The notes beneath the pieces are model-generated. The model was not told where the DNA came from and did not search any database. It was given only the letters and a program-made list of their open reading frames with translations. Shown in pieces: positions 39,501 to 50,745 of a stretch of DNA of 64,000 bases. Where the stretch lies: assembly GCA_000708835.1 (NCBI GenBank), contig DF236988.1:124001-188000 (forward strand). The letters are read 5' to 3'. The stretch is from Klebsormidium nitens. Its lineage: Eukaryota > Plantae > Klebsormidiophyceae. Position 1 is the stretch's first letter. The number at the start of each line of letters is the position of its first letter. Position numbers and translations under genes: made by a program.

Positions 39501-39528
39501 ATGAGCACGCAGCTGAAACGTCTGCCAT
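33523..39528 (-). CDS. Cytochrome P450 of CYP85-clan / CYP120-like type, about 592 aa
   Basis: 10 phase-consistent exons: 39528-38889, 38517-38288, 37968-37816, 37447-37267, 36612-36533, 36147-36061, 35632-35447, 35043-35004, 34229-34151, 33625-33523. Motifs: LPPGNLGLPVLGET, WPKSTRMLLG, I-helix LFAGHDTS, EGLR (ExxR), FKPERFD, heme FGSGERQCPG. Confidence 0.92.
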
Positions 39529-40845
39529 TTTGTAAGCAGGGGTGACTTCCTTGATCTATGGACAGATGGAGGTGGAAATGCCAATCTGAAAGTTGCCGCT
39601 CGTTTGCTCAGGTTCTGGACACTTGGATTGTGAGATGGGTAACAGTATCACTCCCAACAGCTTGACTGGGGCAGCCCATACAAAGCTGAGGTGAGCGCCG
39701 TTTGCCAGTGCTGGAGTCGCTGCCGATCCAGAAGATCTGCCCAGTAGGAAGAGGAGCTCCTCCACAGCTCTCCATCGGCTTCCAAAAGCTCTCAAACGCA
39801 GTACTTAGCGCTATGAGTACTAAGTTTACCTAGCTTAGGAAACGGCTCTTCATTGTTCAACATCAAAAGCGTGCGACTTTATGAGCAAACGCTCGACTCT
39901 CCAAGAATTACCTACCTGTTCCAAACTAGGTAAAACCTGTAAGGTGCATGATGCACGATGCAAGCTCGCTGCTCTATGCAATGATGCATGATGCACGCCA
40001 GCTAGTCCTAGCCTAGGGGCCTAGGGCCTTCAAAGTTCCAAGTGCGGCCGGCCAGGGGCCAGGATCATACATCGTCATTGTACTGCTGAATCCGAATGCG
40101 CATTTTGCGCCAGGGAAATTGGAAGGCGCACTGTGATTGGTTGAGCTGACCGGTCCTACGTCTGCAAGAAAGCCACCGTGGCAGGGTCCCATGCTGTCGT
40201 GCAGCCACGTACTAGTCAACCGAGTCTGACGTCAGTGCATGCGCACGTTGCAATTTGCAATCTGCATATCGCCAATATGATTGCGCGAGTCACCCCGCAG
40301 CCTGAGCTGGCCCGCACGCCGCTGCGGATATTAGGGGCCAATACGGTAGACACCTTTCGACATCAATCATTTCAACGTTTGCTAGTGTCTATATTCAACA
40401 GCACAAGAAGGTCGTGAGTCGTAAGTTTAATGTAAGCATCATAACATTCTAAGCACTCCGGCACGGTGTCCTGCACAAATGTCTATGCTCACAATTGAGG
40501 AACGTTGCGATGCTCTGGCCGAAACAACAGAGCAACCATGAGAGTCACTGTTTTCGTTCTAGGGTGGCACTGTCTCCATTGTACGTACCGTAGTTACATC
40601 AAAAGTATTTCTAAAATCGATGAACTATCCTCCTTGAGATCACATTCGAACTTAGCTGTCTCAAGACAATCTCCAATACGGCATGTATGTAGGCGCGCAT
40701 TGCAATCCTAGAAAGACGGCCGCGCGGGGCAGGCTGTTGCCAGCGGTCAACTTTACATCCCACCAACATGCTTTTGCATCTAGGAAGACACGGTCTCGAT
40801 TCTCGAATGTTCTATCCGAAGCGCAAACTTTTGCCATGTCGGGCT

Positions 40846-43051
40846 CTAATCCAAGAGTTGCTCGATGTAAACTTGGACCTGCAGTGCGCCTTTCTTGACC
40901 GACTTGATGGGAGTTATTACCGGACCCTCTTGTAGGTCCGTATTGTCAGCAGACACCCATGTTACTTCGCGGCTCCCATTGGCAGCAGGCGGTTGATTGG
41001 TGTGGGCCACAATTTCCCAAGAAAGGTCTGTCACGGAAAGTGAGACAGGATTGATGTACCCGTTGAAAGTCGCAAAAGCCACTCTGCCAAGCAATTTCCG
41101 CTGGTCGGTCGAACTTCGCGCTACACCCGGGCAAATCCCAACCCGATTGGCACATCGTGGAAGGATATTGCTGGTGCTGTCCACAGCGGCACGCGATTGT
41201 AGCTGAAGCAATGGACAAGAAACACTCCATGTAGTGCATCCTGACAGCGTGGAGTAAATTTGCCTTTGACCATCGCCCAAAGGACTGTCACCTCAGGGCG
41301 CCCGAGAATGCGAGGTGCAGATAGCCTTTCATTTAAGGTACGAGAGCATGTCAGAGCATTCAGCACTCCAGCACAGTCTTCTTTTTCGAAGGCCAGAGTA
41401 TCCCAGGATCCCTGTAATACTGAGGCAGCACATTCGTTCAAAACTTCATTTTCCATTTTCTATGCTAAGCTCCGCCCCGGCCACCCCTCATGAGTCCAGG
41501 TGTCGATCAAAGGTTTCAGGAACTTATGCGCAGCAAGCCGACACAGAACACTTGCATCATCTCATACTCATACCTTTGGGCAGTTCTTCCGGCGGAGGCT
41601 CGAGCACTGAGAGTTTCATAAGCACCGCCCGAAGCGCCTCTTCGATCTCCGCAATCGGAGCAGAACCTGGGGCGTGTGGCGCTAGCGGCCCCACTTGGAT
41701 GACGAACTTCTCAACAGCCTTGCCGGACCCATCACGGAGGACGACCACAACTCTCTGGACAGCCCCCTGCAGCAGGAAAAAGGGTCATGTGTGAGTTCGA
41801 TACCACAAAGAAAGCGGAAATTCTCAACGAAGGAAAAAGTTTGAAAGCATTGTCACCTTCTGACGATCTATGAGATCTGCCCGAAGGCGCTTATTCAGCC
41901 AGATGACGGGTCGTTTGGGGCAGCACTTGAGAGGCAGAACGACTGCGATGATTGTAGCTGAAGCAGAAAGTCAATGTACTCTTCTACCAGGTCTGAGACG
42001 AAGGACGACCACAGTTTCCGCGAGGGCGGCCGGTAGCCTTGTCATGAAGAGTGCGTTCAAAGTTCAGTGTCGTAAGCACCTGGCCTATCTTGAGACAGGC
42101 TTTGGAGTGATATGATAGCGCACCAACGGTGATCAGTGACTATTATCATAAGGAAAATACTGCACGATACCGACGCAGCTTGAACAACGTTAAGATGAAG
42201 GCATCATCATCACATAGTGGCGGAAGAAAGGCAAAGAGTATTACATAGACAGCGACTCAGGCTTCAATCATCACTGCCGCGATGAAAACTGCACCTGCAT
42301 CAGCCACTCGTGAAGGCTCTGCACAGCACTGTGAATGTACTCCTGGAGCTCTGGGTGGCGGGCCCACTGCACCGGCACACTGGCATACCGCCTCCGCTCA
42401 AAGACCTCTGTCAAATATCAGGAAGAAACGGAGATTAAAGGTCAGAATAGAGGGCGGCCAGCTGGTAAGGAAGGCAACATTGGATACAAACAGCTCAGCA
42501 ATGCAGCTAGGAACCAGGGGCGCGCGATAACTAGGGTGCAGGAAAGGCTCGACATGAGAAGGCTTACTGCTGAGCACAGAATCATGTGCAGCAACTTGAG
42601 AGAAGCGGCTTGTGAACAACGAAACTAAGGGATGTGGGCAAGTCCTTTAGCCGCATCCGCTGTGTCTCAAGCATCTATGGCCTCAACTGTGTTGCCTAAA
42701 CACCATCGCTTACCTGGAGGGTAGACATTGCGAACATGGAGAATGAGGTGGATTGCTACCTCAAGAAACTCACACACAATGTCCGTCAGCTCTGCACACA
42801 ACAAGCAGCTCAATCAAGTTCAAAGCAGCCTCACGAACCATCTCTGGATACAAACTTGCCGAAGATAGATGAAGCAAGCAGAAGATGGTTTGCATTTCAC
42901 TTCCAGAAAGCAGTATACGCAAGTATCTGTCAGACTGACAGAATCTGGGCGACAAGCCGTGCAATCCTTTGAATTGGCAGGGCCCTTTGCTGCTAGATGA
43001 GCTTGGAGTTCAATATGCATTTGGTGCCTTACCTTTTGTTTCCGCTTTCAT
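40846..43051 (-). CDS. REV7: HORMA-domain protein REV7/MAD2L2 (DNA polymerase zeta subunit), 194 aa
   Basis: Phase-consistent exons 43051-43033, 42791-42714, 42407-42295, 41766-41574, 41027-40846: CEFLEVAIHLILHVRNVYPPEVFERRRY...HPELQEYI...VEKFVIQV...LRAVLMKLSV...QVYIE. The short first exon is the least certain. Confidence 0.88.
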
Positions 43052-43528
43052 GGCATAACGATCACTCGATCCTTGGTACAGCTGCATCGAGCTTTTGTCA
43101 CCCTGGGATCATCTTCAATGCATGAGGCAGCTTCAAGCTGAGGGTCAGGGAGAATGCTGCGACCCTCCAGCAATGCGCTGCACCCATGCTGCGATCGCCC
43201 CTTCGAGTCGACCTGACGTAGGACTACACCGTCACGGTACACCATGGCTGCGCGAGAAAGTTTTGCCCTATTTTCATTAGGTGCTGGCTAAAACCGGCAG
43301 GTTTAAACTGCCGGTTGTTGGTTTCGAAGCTCGAATTTCCCCCGTAGACACGTAGACCGGCAGGTCCCGGCTGACCGACGGCACAGCTGAGAAAAAACTT
43401 TGTTCTGAGCAGCACGCTGCACGCAGCCCTGCAAAGCTGCAACTCAGATTGTGACTTGAGGATGGAGAGAGTAAGGGAGGAAGAAGGCGCTGAAAGTCCG
43501 CTCGCACATGCAACTCTCTGAACAATAA

Positions 43529-46033
43529 ATGGCAGGCGCTGTGCTGTGTTCTCTTCCGCCAACCGCAGCACTTTGCCTCAGGCATGGTGTTCTGAAGCCC
43601 TCAGCAAAGGGAAGAAAGGCTGCCTTGCAGCCAAAGATTGAGCCTACGCCCCATCATCTTCCACTCTCAAACTCATTTGGGAACCAGAATTGTGGTGTTC
43701 GTGCTGGCCCAGTCCGTTTGCAAAGCACCAGAACTGCTCATCGTCATGGCAAACTGCCGCAAAGCAATTGCCTTAGCAAACCCCACGAGTTGGCTAGTGA
43801 AACGGGTGTTCGTCTGCCTCAGAGTAACATCCCTCTCAAGAGACGGCAGGTAGTCACATGTGGAGCAGCAGGAAAGCCAGATGCCAGTAGTAACCTGGCC
43901 CGCAACTTGGAGCTGGAACCGAGCACGAGAGGTCCCAGGAATCAGGCTGGCAACCAGTTCAACGGCATCTTCCTGCTACTGATTCTCAACATCGGCATCT
44001 ATGTTGCTGATCATCTCTTGCACGTGAGTTGCCACACTGGAGTGGTGCACGTTCTCTGTCCTGAGCTGAACCTTAGAATCGACGTTGGTTCACCCAATCA
44101 TGCAGCTTCTCACTTACATGCCTGCTCAAGCATTGAGGCAAGGATCCCAGACAGAGCAGTCAGTACATGCATCCTGTCACAAAACTTTCAAGGATGGGAA
44201 TGGCAATCATCAGGAAGGAAGTGTCTGTAGCAAGGATTGCTGCAGAGTTACAGTCTTATGTATCTGGATGCCTACTGCCTAAGTTCCTCAAGCTACCCGC
44301 CTTTCATGCGTCTTTCTGTTGTCTGCAGCTGCCTGTGATGCGCAGCCTGTACCTGAATCATGTCCGGCCACAGTGGTGGCAGTTTGTCACGTCCACCTTC
44401 TGCCACTTCAACTGGTAGGTCCACGACTTGATTGTAGATCCTCTGAAACTGAAGTATTTCTATTCAGAAACATGCCATCTATCCTTGGAGTTTATGGACC
44501 ATCTTAATCATCATTATGGTTTATAGAACTGGCCCTCCTTAAGGCTTTGACATCTGAGTAAGGCCTGTTGACATCTTGGGACTGATTCGAAGGAGTCTCC
44601 TTCTCCAATGTTAGTTTCAGGCCTGCAGCCGCATCCCACCTAGAGAAAGCAGCCTATTACTGGCTTGATTTTATTGAGTATGCACACTTTTGTTTCCTGC
44701 CAGGAATCACCTGTCGAGCAACCTCTTCTTCTTGTACATATTCGGCAAGCTCGTGGAGGAAGAGGAAGGCAGCATCGGTGTCTGGGCATCGTACCTGGTC
44801 ACTGGCATCGGAGCGAACGTCGTCTCGTACCTGCTACTTCCGCACTCCAGCGGGGGCGCGGCAGTTGCGTCGTGCGGGGCCTCGGGGGCTGTCTTTGGTC
44901 TCTTTGCCATCAGTGTCCTTGTCAAGGTGGGGCATACCTCTTCATGGCGAGATTGCGTTCTTGCCTGCTTCTCAAAAAGTGAGGGCCAAATGGTTCTGTC
45001 AAAAAGTCTTAAAAGATGACAGAGACAAACGGGCCTCGTTTCTGATGAGAGTATTCTGGTCGAGACTTGTGCGACTCCATCAGGAGACGTCCTGTCTCAG
45101 CACAAAGGACCGCTTGGTTCGTCAACCAGACGCGCGTTCGCGGTCGAAGCTTTGTTACTCAGCACGATCACCTCCTGCCTCTGTCGTATCCCTGTCATGG
45201 ATTGATCTTCGAGTTATAAAGTTGAGACTTGCCGGGCAAAATGCTGACAAAGATCCTGCTCCTCATTTTCCAGCTAAGCTGGAACTGGCGAAAGATACTC
45301 GAGGTGCTCATCTTGGGACAGTTCGTGGTTGAAAAGGTGAGCCACCAGCTCGCTAGTCTTCAAACGGTCTGTTGGTGAAACGTCGTTCGAAAATACCCCG
45401 GTAAGGCCCCCGCAGCTCCCTTTAAAGCACCTTTGGAGAAGGAGTCCACGAGCAAGTCTCGTTGACAATAAGAGATTGTCAGAAGGATCTTGTCAAACCT
45501 TTTTGGCGGACCGACAGTGGTGTAGAGGCCAGATTGGACGCTGTGGGAGCGTTCACCGTTTTGCTCCAACTTTTGGTTGCGTGTCGACGCGATCAGGGGC
45601 CACCGTTGAAGATGCAGATTCTGCTTATCTGACGAAATGTGTCGACGGATTGGATCCTCAATCAGGTCTCTAAGTTTTTGTAAGCACGAGGTCTGTCAAA
45701 TGTTTGTATGGTTTCGCGAACAGAAGATGCAACTTGTAGGCAAGGTGCGATAGCAATGACGTTATCCATGGTCCTTTGAGAGCGAGGTCTAAAGCTATTC
45801 TTCCTGGAAATGACACGGGTAAAGCTTGTATACACTGAACCAATTGCCGTGCTCTTCCTCAGGTCATTGCTGAAGCTGCAATGTCGGCTCGCGGCACAAA
45901 GGGCCTGCTGTCGGGAGGCATCAACCACGTTGCACACCTAGCAGGGGCGCTGGTAGGCGTTGCGCTTATCTACCTGATCACCAGGTTGCCAGAAGCCGTC
46001 TCTAAAGTTACTGACAAGGACCTCCTCGAATAA
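43529..46033 (+). CDS. RBL11: Rhomboid-like intramembrane serine protease, chloroplast RBL11 type, 345 aa
   Basis: Exons 43529-44023, 44329-44414, 44704-44926, 45274-45336, 45863-46033: transit-like N-terminus, WWQFVTSTFCHFNWNHLSSNLFFLYIFGKLVEEEEG, catalytic GASGAVFG, and NHVAHLAGALVG. Confidence 0.9.
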
Positions 46034-47263
46034 GGCGACTTCAGCCTGTGTGCGTCGTTGCAGTCAATTCTGATAGATAGATCTGGTTCTAGGCTTAGGC
46101 CTCCAGATTGTAGGTAGTCGGCATACGATTCCGATTTCCACATGTATAGTCGCTGGCGATTCACATGGGGAGCAGCGTGAGGCACTGAGACACATGGCAG
46201 CTCCAGATGCATACATTAAGCTGGCGGCGTTTAAGATGGTATATCGTCGGCACGGCCATGCACATTGCCGGCGGCCTATGTACATCATTGTTCACGCATG
46301 TCCTTCACGTACTTCTTTTGCACAGCCATCAAAGTGAACGTACATTAGTATGTAATGCACATACAGCACGCTAGCCTGGCTGTGGACAGTCTATTTAATT
46401 TGAATGATGCAGTGGATCGCGATACATCCTGCCGTGCCGGGGTCCAGCACTATAGTCTGTATGGGCGTGCATTCCATATCTGCAGCTTATAGGGATTTCA
46501 TGCATTAGTACATGATGAACATCAGTGGTGGGTTGGCATGTGACTGCAGCAATGCAATCTACACTGGTCGACGGTGGACGCCTGAAGTTTGAGTAATTTT
46601 TTTGACTTTGCGCATACGTACTATAGCATAAATAGGATCAATCGTCAAAGACTGCCGTGACCCACATCAATAACGATTGCACAGTCTTTCGACCGTTGGT
46701 CAGAATCAATTTGCAACGGGCGTTGAAAGTGATTGAAAGGTGTGGACGCTTACACTGCAGACGACTGCTGACACGCAATTACGGAGTAGGATAGTAATGA
46801 GGCTAATTGCAGGTCATGCAAGCAGAGAATGGTGACCATATTACACAAGCCGTACACGAAAGCTGTTCCAGCAAGTGCTGGCCATGCTTGGCAGATCAGA
46901 CCCAGGAAGCAGGATTGGCGCAGCAGCAGAGCGATGACTGGCGATCCGTACTAAAGCGCAGGGCAGTAAAGAGCACATTACTGTTAAGAGTTACCACTAT
47001 TAACCTGGATTGCCATCACTCAGTTGTTCTTGTAACGGCTTTGAAAGCAACGTGCTCATTCACGTGTTGGGCCCATTAAACTCTGGACAAGGTAAGCGTG
47101 TTCTCTGAATGGTCCTTGCAATGAGGAGGTTCCTACACATGCTAAACTTAAGTGGCCCCGCAGAAGAGGGGGTGTACAAGTCATCATACTTAGCTCTTGC
47201 TTTTAGCTGATTCCGTTCCAGAACCATTCAAGTGTGGCAAGTTAGAGGAGCTAGTGCTTGTCC

Positions 47264-47812
47264 TCAAAGCTTATGCTCTTTTTGTCGCTGCGGAACAAGA
47301 CGCTCGACAACATACCCTCCGACCAATAGACACATCGTCACCCATGGCAGAACCGCCACAGCCCCCCCCCCCTGCCAGGACGCCCCATGCGGCCACGCCA
47401 AGACACTCCCCAACGGCTGCACGGTGGCCAAAGGCAAGCTCACCACCGCTGTTTTCTTATACAGCTGATATGCAACCCCCCGAAACGCGAGCCGGCCCAT
47501 GGAAACCGCCGTCCTCCATGTGAGCCTTCGGGAAGGTTCTCCTCCCTGCCGCTGCTGCAGCTCTGCCAGGGCCTTTTCTTTGGCGGCCACCTCACGCAAG
47601 AGCTTTGCGCTTTTGGCGAATGTTGCCGGAGTGTTCAGCTGGTCGGCGCGCTTTCGTAGCTGGTGAATGCTGCGGCGGAGCTCTGCCTCTTCGCCGCTGG
47701 AGGGAGAGCCCTGGCAGCGCCTGGTGAAGAGAGCGGCAGAGAGTTCCACGGCGCAGGCGGCCAGAAAGAGCCACAGGGGCAGGAGGGAAGAGGGCGGGCC
47801 GTTTTCGTCCAT
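47264..47812 (-). CDS. GET1: Tail-anchored protein insertase GET1/WRB-like, intronless, 182 aa
   Basis: ATG at 47812. Hydrophobic N-terminal segment, coiled coil EAELRRSIHQLRKRADQLNTPATFAKSAKLLR, VQPLGSVLAWP, and VAVLPW, as in plant GET1. Confidence 0.8.
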   Translation of the reverse strand: MDENGPPSSLLPLWLFLAACAVELSAALFTRRCQGSPSSGEEAELRRSIHQLRKRADQLNTPATFAKSAKLLREVAAKEKALAELQQRQGGEPSRRLTWRTAVSMGRLAFRGVAYQLYKKTAVVSLPLATVQPLGSVLAWPHGASWQGGGAVAVLPWVTMCLLVGGYVVERLVPQRQKEHKL

Positions 47813-48233
47813 CTCCTCCAATTGAATTTCAACTATCTCTAGGCTCTAGGTGTGCCCCTCAGCTGCCGCTGAAGCCAAGTCCAAGCTGTACAGCCTCATG
47901 AACAGCTGGGGCCCAAACGAATTGAATTCGAATGGATATAAGAGCAAAAAATGGTGCATAAGCGACCGTGAGGGCGAACGCGTCGCGGAAACCGCTACTC
48001 AGGCGTCAGGCAACTGGCGTTTTTTTTACCGCACTGTCCGACAGAATATGTACCGGTTTCCAGATAACCTATGCCGTTTCCTTCCCATAGACAGTCCAAT
48101 CGGCATATGTTCTCGGAGATAGACTCAAGTCTCACAATCTTCGCCATGGCCCATTTCCGGAGGCTTGTCCTCCCAGACATTGCTCAGGGCGGCAACCCCG
48201 ATCTCCTGACGGCTTTTAGTAGACCGTATCAGC

Positions 48234-49517
48234 ATGGAGGAGCCAAAAAAGGAGGAGCCTGCCTCTCCTTGTGCCCGGCCTGCGGAGCCGGGTAATACGG
48301 TGCAGAAGATACGGAAGCATATTGACGAGTTCCGGAAGGCGTCCCCAGATGAGCACAAGCAATGATTTAAAAACACGCTAAGCAAGGTGGGTTGTGGGTT
48401 CTGGATTGTGTTGGTGGTACTAAGTCTTTCTATCTATTCTTTGGATGGGGAAAATTTCAACAGGACTCGAACGAAGAGAAGTCATTGATGTGATAGCAGA
48501 GCATACCCTTGACTGCCATCATTGCTACGTTGTGCTTTCGACTAAACACAAGCTACTGTTAGTATCCTAACGCTGGGCTTTTCTACATGCCAATTGAGTT
48601 GCTGGTGAAACTCGCATGGATCAAATCAGAAAGTGATGCGCGCGTTGATCTCAACCATGAGGGATTTGTGGAGTGAGGACCAACTGAGCTTTTCTTTCTG
48701 GTTTGTAGCAGTCATCAGCTATCCTACGCGATAAAGGTGATGAATTTGTGTAGAACTTGGGCAGCGTGCGCTCTCTGCCAGCTGTGCACCATAATTGTTG
48801 CGACGGTCTTGTCAAATCCTTTTCTTTCACAAATCAGATTATTAGTCATTGTCAAACACCTCCCTTTCCGCTACGCTCACTAAGTCTTGAGCGAGTACTT
48901 TTGAACACATCTTTCTGAGTTCCGGAAAAGTGAGTCCTGAGCTCTGAACGAGACTTCAATTGCAGATGTTTGGGTTCCGGAGAAAACCCGCAAAGCCGCC
49001 AGACACGTCACCAGATGCAGCGGGGAGCTTGAGCCCCCAGCCCGTGGAAAGCGTTCTGCGGCTGAGGGTTGAGTACTATGGAGATCCGGACCAAAAGGTG
49101 AATTGACTGCCGCCTTCTCAAGTGTGCACCTCTGGCTGTGGGACTGGCAGTATCAGAGTCTGTTTGAATTGCCTGAATCAATTCGTTGTACCATGTGTGT
49201 TCATACTATTCATCCTAGTATCTGAAAATCGTAAATATCAAGGCCCCTTAGGTCATGTGAAGTACATGAGAAGTGAAGTACTGGATTGAGGGGTAGATCT
49301 GACAGCTCACCGTTTACCAATCAAATGGCGTACTGCACTGCTACTGGAGAAGTCTTCCAACATCCAGCGGTATGTTGCCTTGGATCAATGAGTGCCCATA
49401 GATACGCTAGATCACATGAAAGACGTTCATCACAAGTTGAGTCTCTCCGTGCTGCAACAATTCTGACTCGTTTATTGCCCCACCTCGAAGCTTCCTTCTA
49501 CGTTGCAGTTTGTTTAG
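48234..49517 (+). CDS. Small uncharacterised protein (97 aa) with in-frame TGA at codon 44; candidate selenoprotein
   Basis: Exon 1, 48234-48386: MEEPKKEEPASPCARPAEPGNTVQKIRKHIDEFRKASPDEHKQ[TGA]FKNTLSK, then donor AAG|gtgggt. Exon 2, 48966-49097: MFGFRRKPAKPP...PVESVLRLRVEYYGDPDQK. Probable exon 3 from 49509: FV*. The recalled land-plant family motif (approximately HIDEFxxASxDEHKTCFKxTIQKMFG...VES) continues in frame on both sides of the TGA. Confidence 0.75.
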
Positions 49518-49552
49518 CACTTCGAGCGGAGTCTCAATCGTGCGCACGCCAA

Positions 49553-49617
49553 CAAAGCATTATGAAGGCTATGGCTCAAACTCCAAGCCTGAGCAGCCTA
49601 AGCTGGAAGTAGCTTTG
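49553..49617 (+). promoter_or_regulatory. Putative eukaryotic SECIS element (type II) in 3' UTR
   Basis: Folded by hand. Helix I: CAAAGC(49553-58)/GCUUUG(49612-17). Core: AUGAA(49562-66)/GGAA(49605-08). Helix II: GGCUAUGGCU(49567-76)/AGCCUAAGCU(49595-604) with a 2x2 internal loop. AAA at 49578-80, 11 nt after the core. Mini-helix CUC/GAG closing a 7-nt loop. Confidence 0.65.
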
Positions 49618-50745
49618 GATCTGAGCGTGTGCAAGGGCAGGCCGGCCCGCCACCATTGATCCACCATCGGCTTTGTACATAAAGAGGCAAATTAGATTGA
49701 TATTCCAAACACCCTTTCAAGTTATGTTATTTTACAATCGCTTTGCAAAGCCGATTGTGACAAGGATGATAAGTCATTGGTGACGGTTGTAAATGACAAG
49801 AAAGGCACCAAAGTGGGCACCAGAGCTTCATTGCATGGAGGTTTGGCTGATAAGGTACTCATCGTCAACTGGCTTCAAGCATCGATCAATGGAACGCGTT
49901 GAGTATCTAAAATGAGAGGCGCAAGCGAGAATGATCGTCGTTGAGCCTGCATGACTGCGTCATCTGATATTGTTCAATTGGAATCAATGCTTGGTGCACC
50001 GGCCCTCCATGATGTGTGGGCTGTGTATCATGCAACCAGGCCGTTCCTTAAACCAACATGGCACCGTCGTATGAGCTTAGGCATATAGTTATGTCGCGGG
50101 CAAACAATGTGGAAAAGAAGTCCGACTAGACAGTGCACACATGAGCCTCAGGCTGCAGTACATATGATAGCCAGCTAATGGATCTTCAAACGACGCTTCA
50201 AGCCTGCTGGCAAATATAAAGCAGTACACATGCATGTACTATAGGTGCATGTCTGTTTAACAAAGAGCGAGTCCATGCAGAATACCCACCAGACCTCCGA
50301 CGCGATCAGAGGCATGTCGCCCCATGATGATCCGTCTCGAATCATTGTATGTAGAGAGTTAGAGCGACAAGCGAATCTTCAATATACAAACAAATTAGTG
50401 CTATACTTATCTAGAAAAGTGCATGCAATATAATTGTGTTCGTCAATTTGGCCGGTGTGGTTGGTGCTCATCATCATGTACCGTACCCGTTATATACCGC
50501 ACGTATGGCTGCAAACGATCTTCACCGTATGCCTGCCTGCTGATGTGCGCGCGCTGAAGTGCACTTTGTATACGTTGCGTCTGTGAGTAGAGTCTGATTC
50601 TCGCGCACGCCATCTCAAATATAAGAGTGCCGTCGCGAAATCTAAGATTTTCGCAGACTGGGCTACCGCTGCCGCTCCACTAGTGAGGAAATTGAGACCT
50701 GGAAAGGGTCTGCAGTGCGATCACCCGCGCCAGATTCCCTGAGGC

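Noticed and set aside
48363-48365. Reading the TGA as a true stop (43-aa peptide or pseudogene)
   Set aside because: Family-like sequence, an intact donor, an in-frame exon 2 and a SECIS-like element all follow it. Disfavoured but not excluded; a one-base sequencing error also remains possible.
49306-49612. Alternative extra exon 49306-49369 plus a coding last exon (ORF 49286-49612) running through the SECIS
   Set aside because: No recognisable homology, and the family as recalled ends soon after VES. The 49509 FV* model is simpler, but RNA-seq is needed.
49620-50740. Other ATGA...AA...GA strings as SECIS candidates
   Set aside because: None gave both the correct spacing and a paired helix II on manual inspection.
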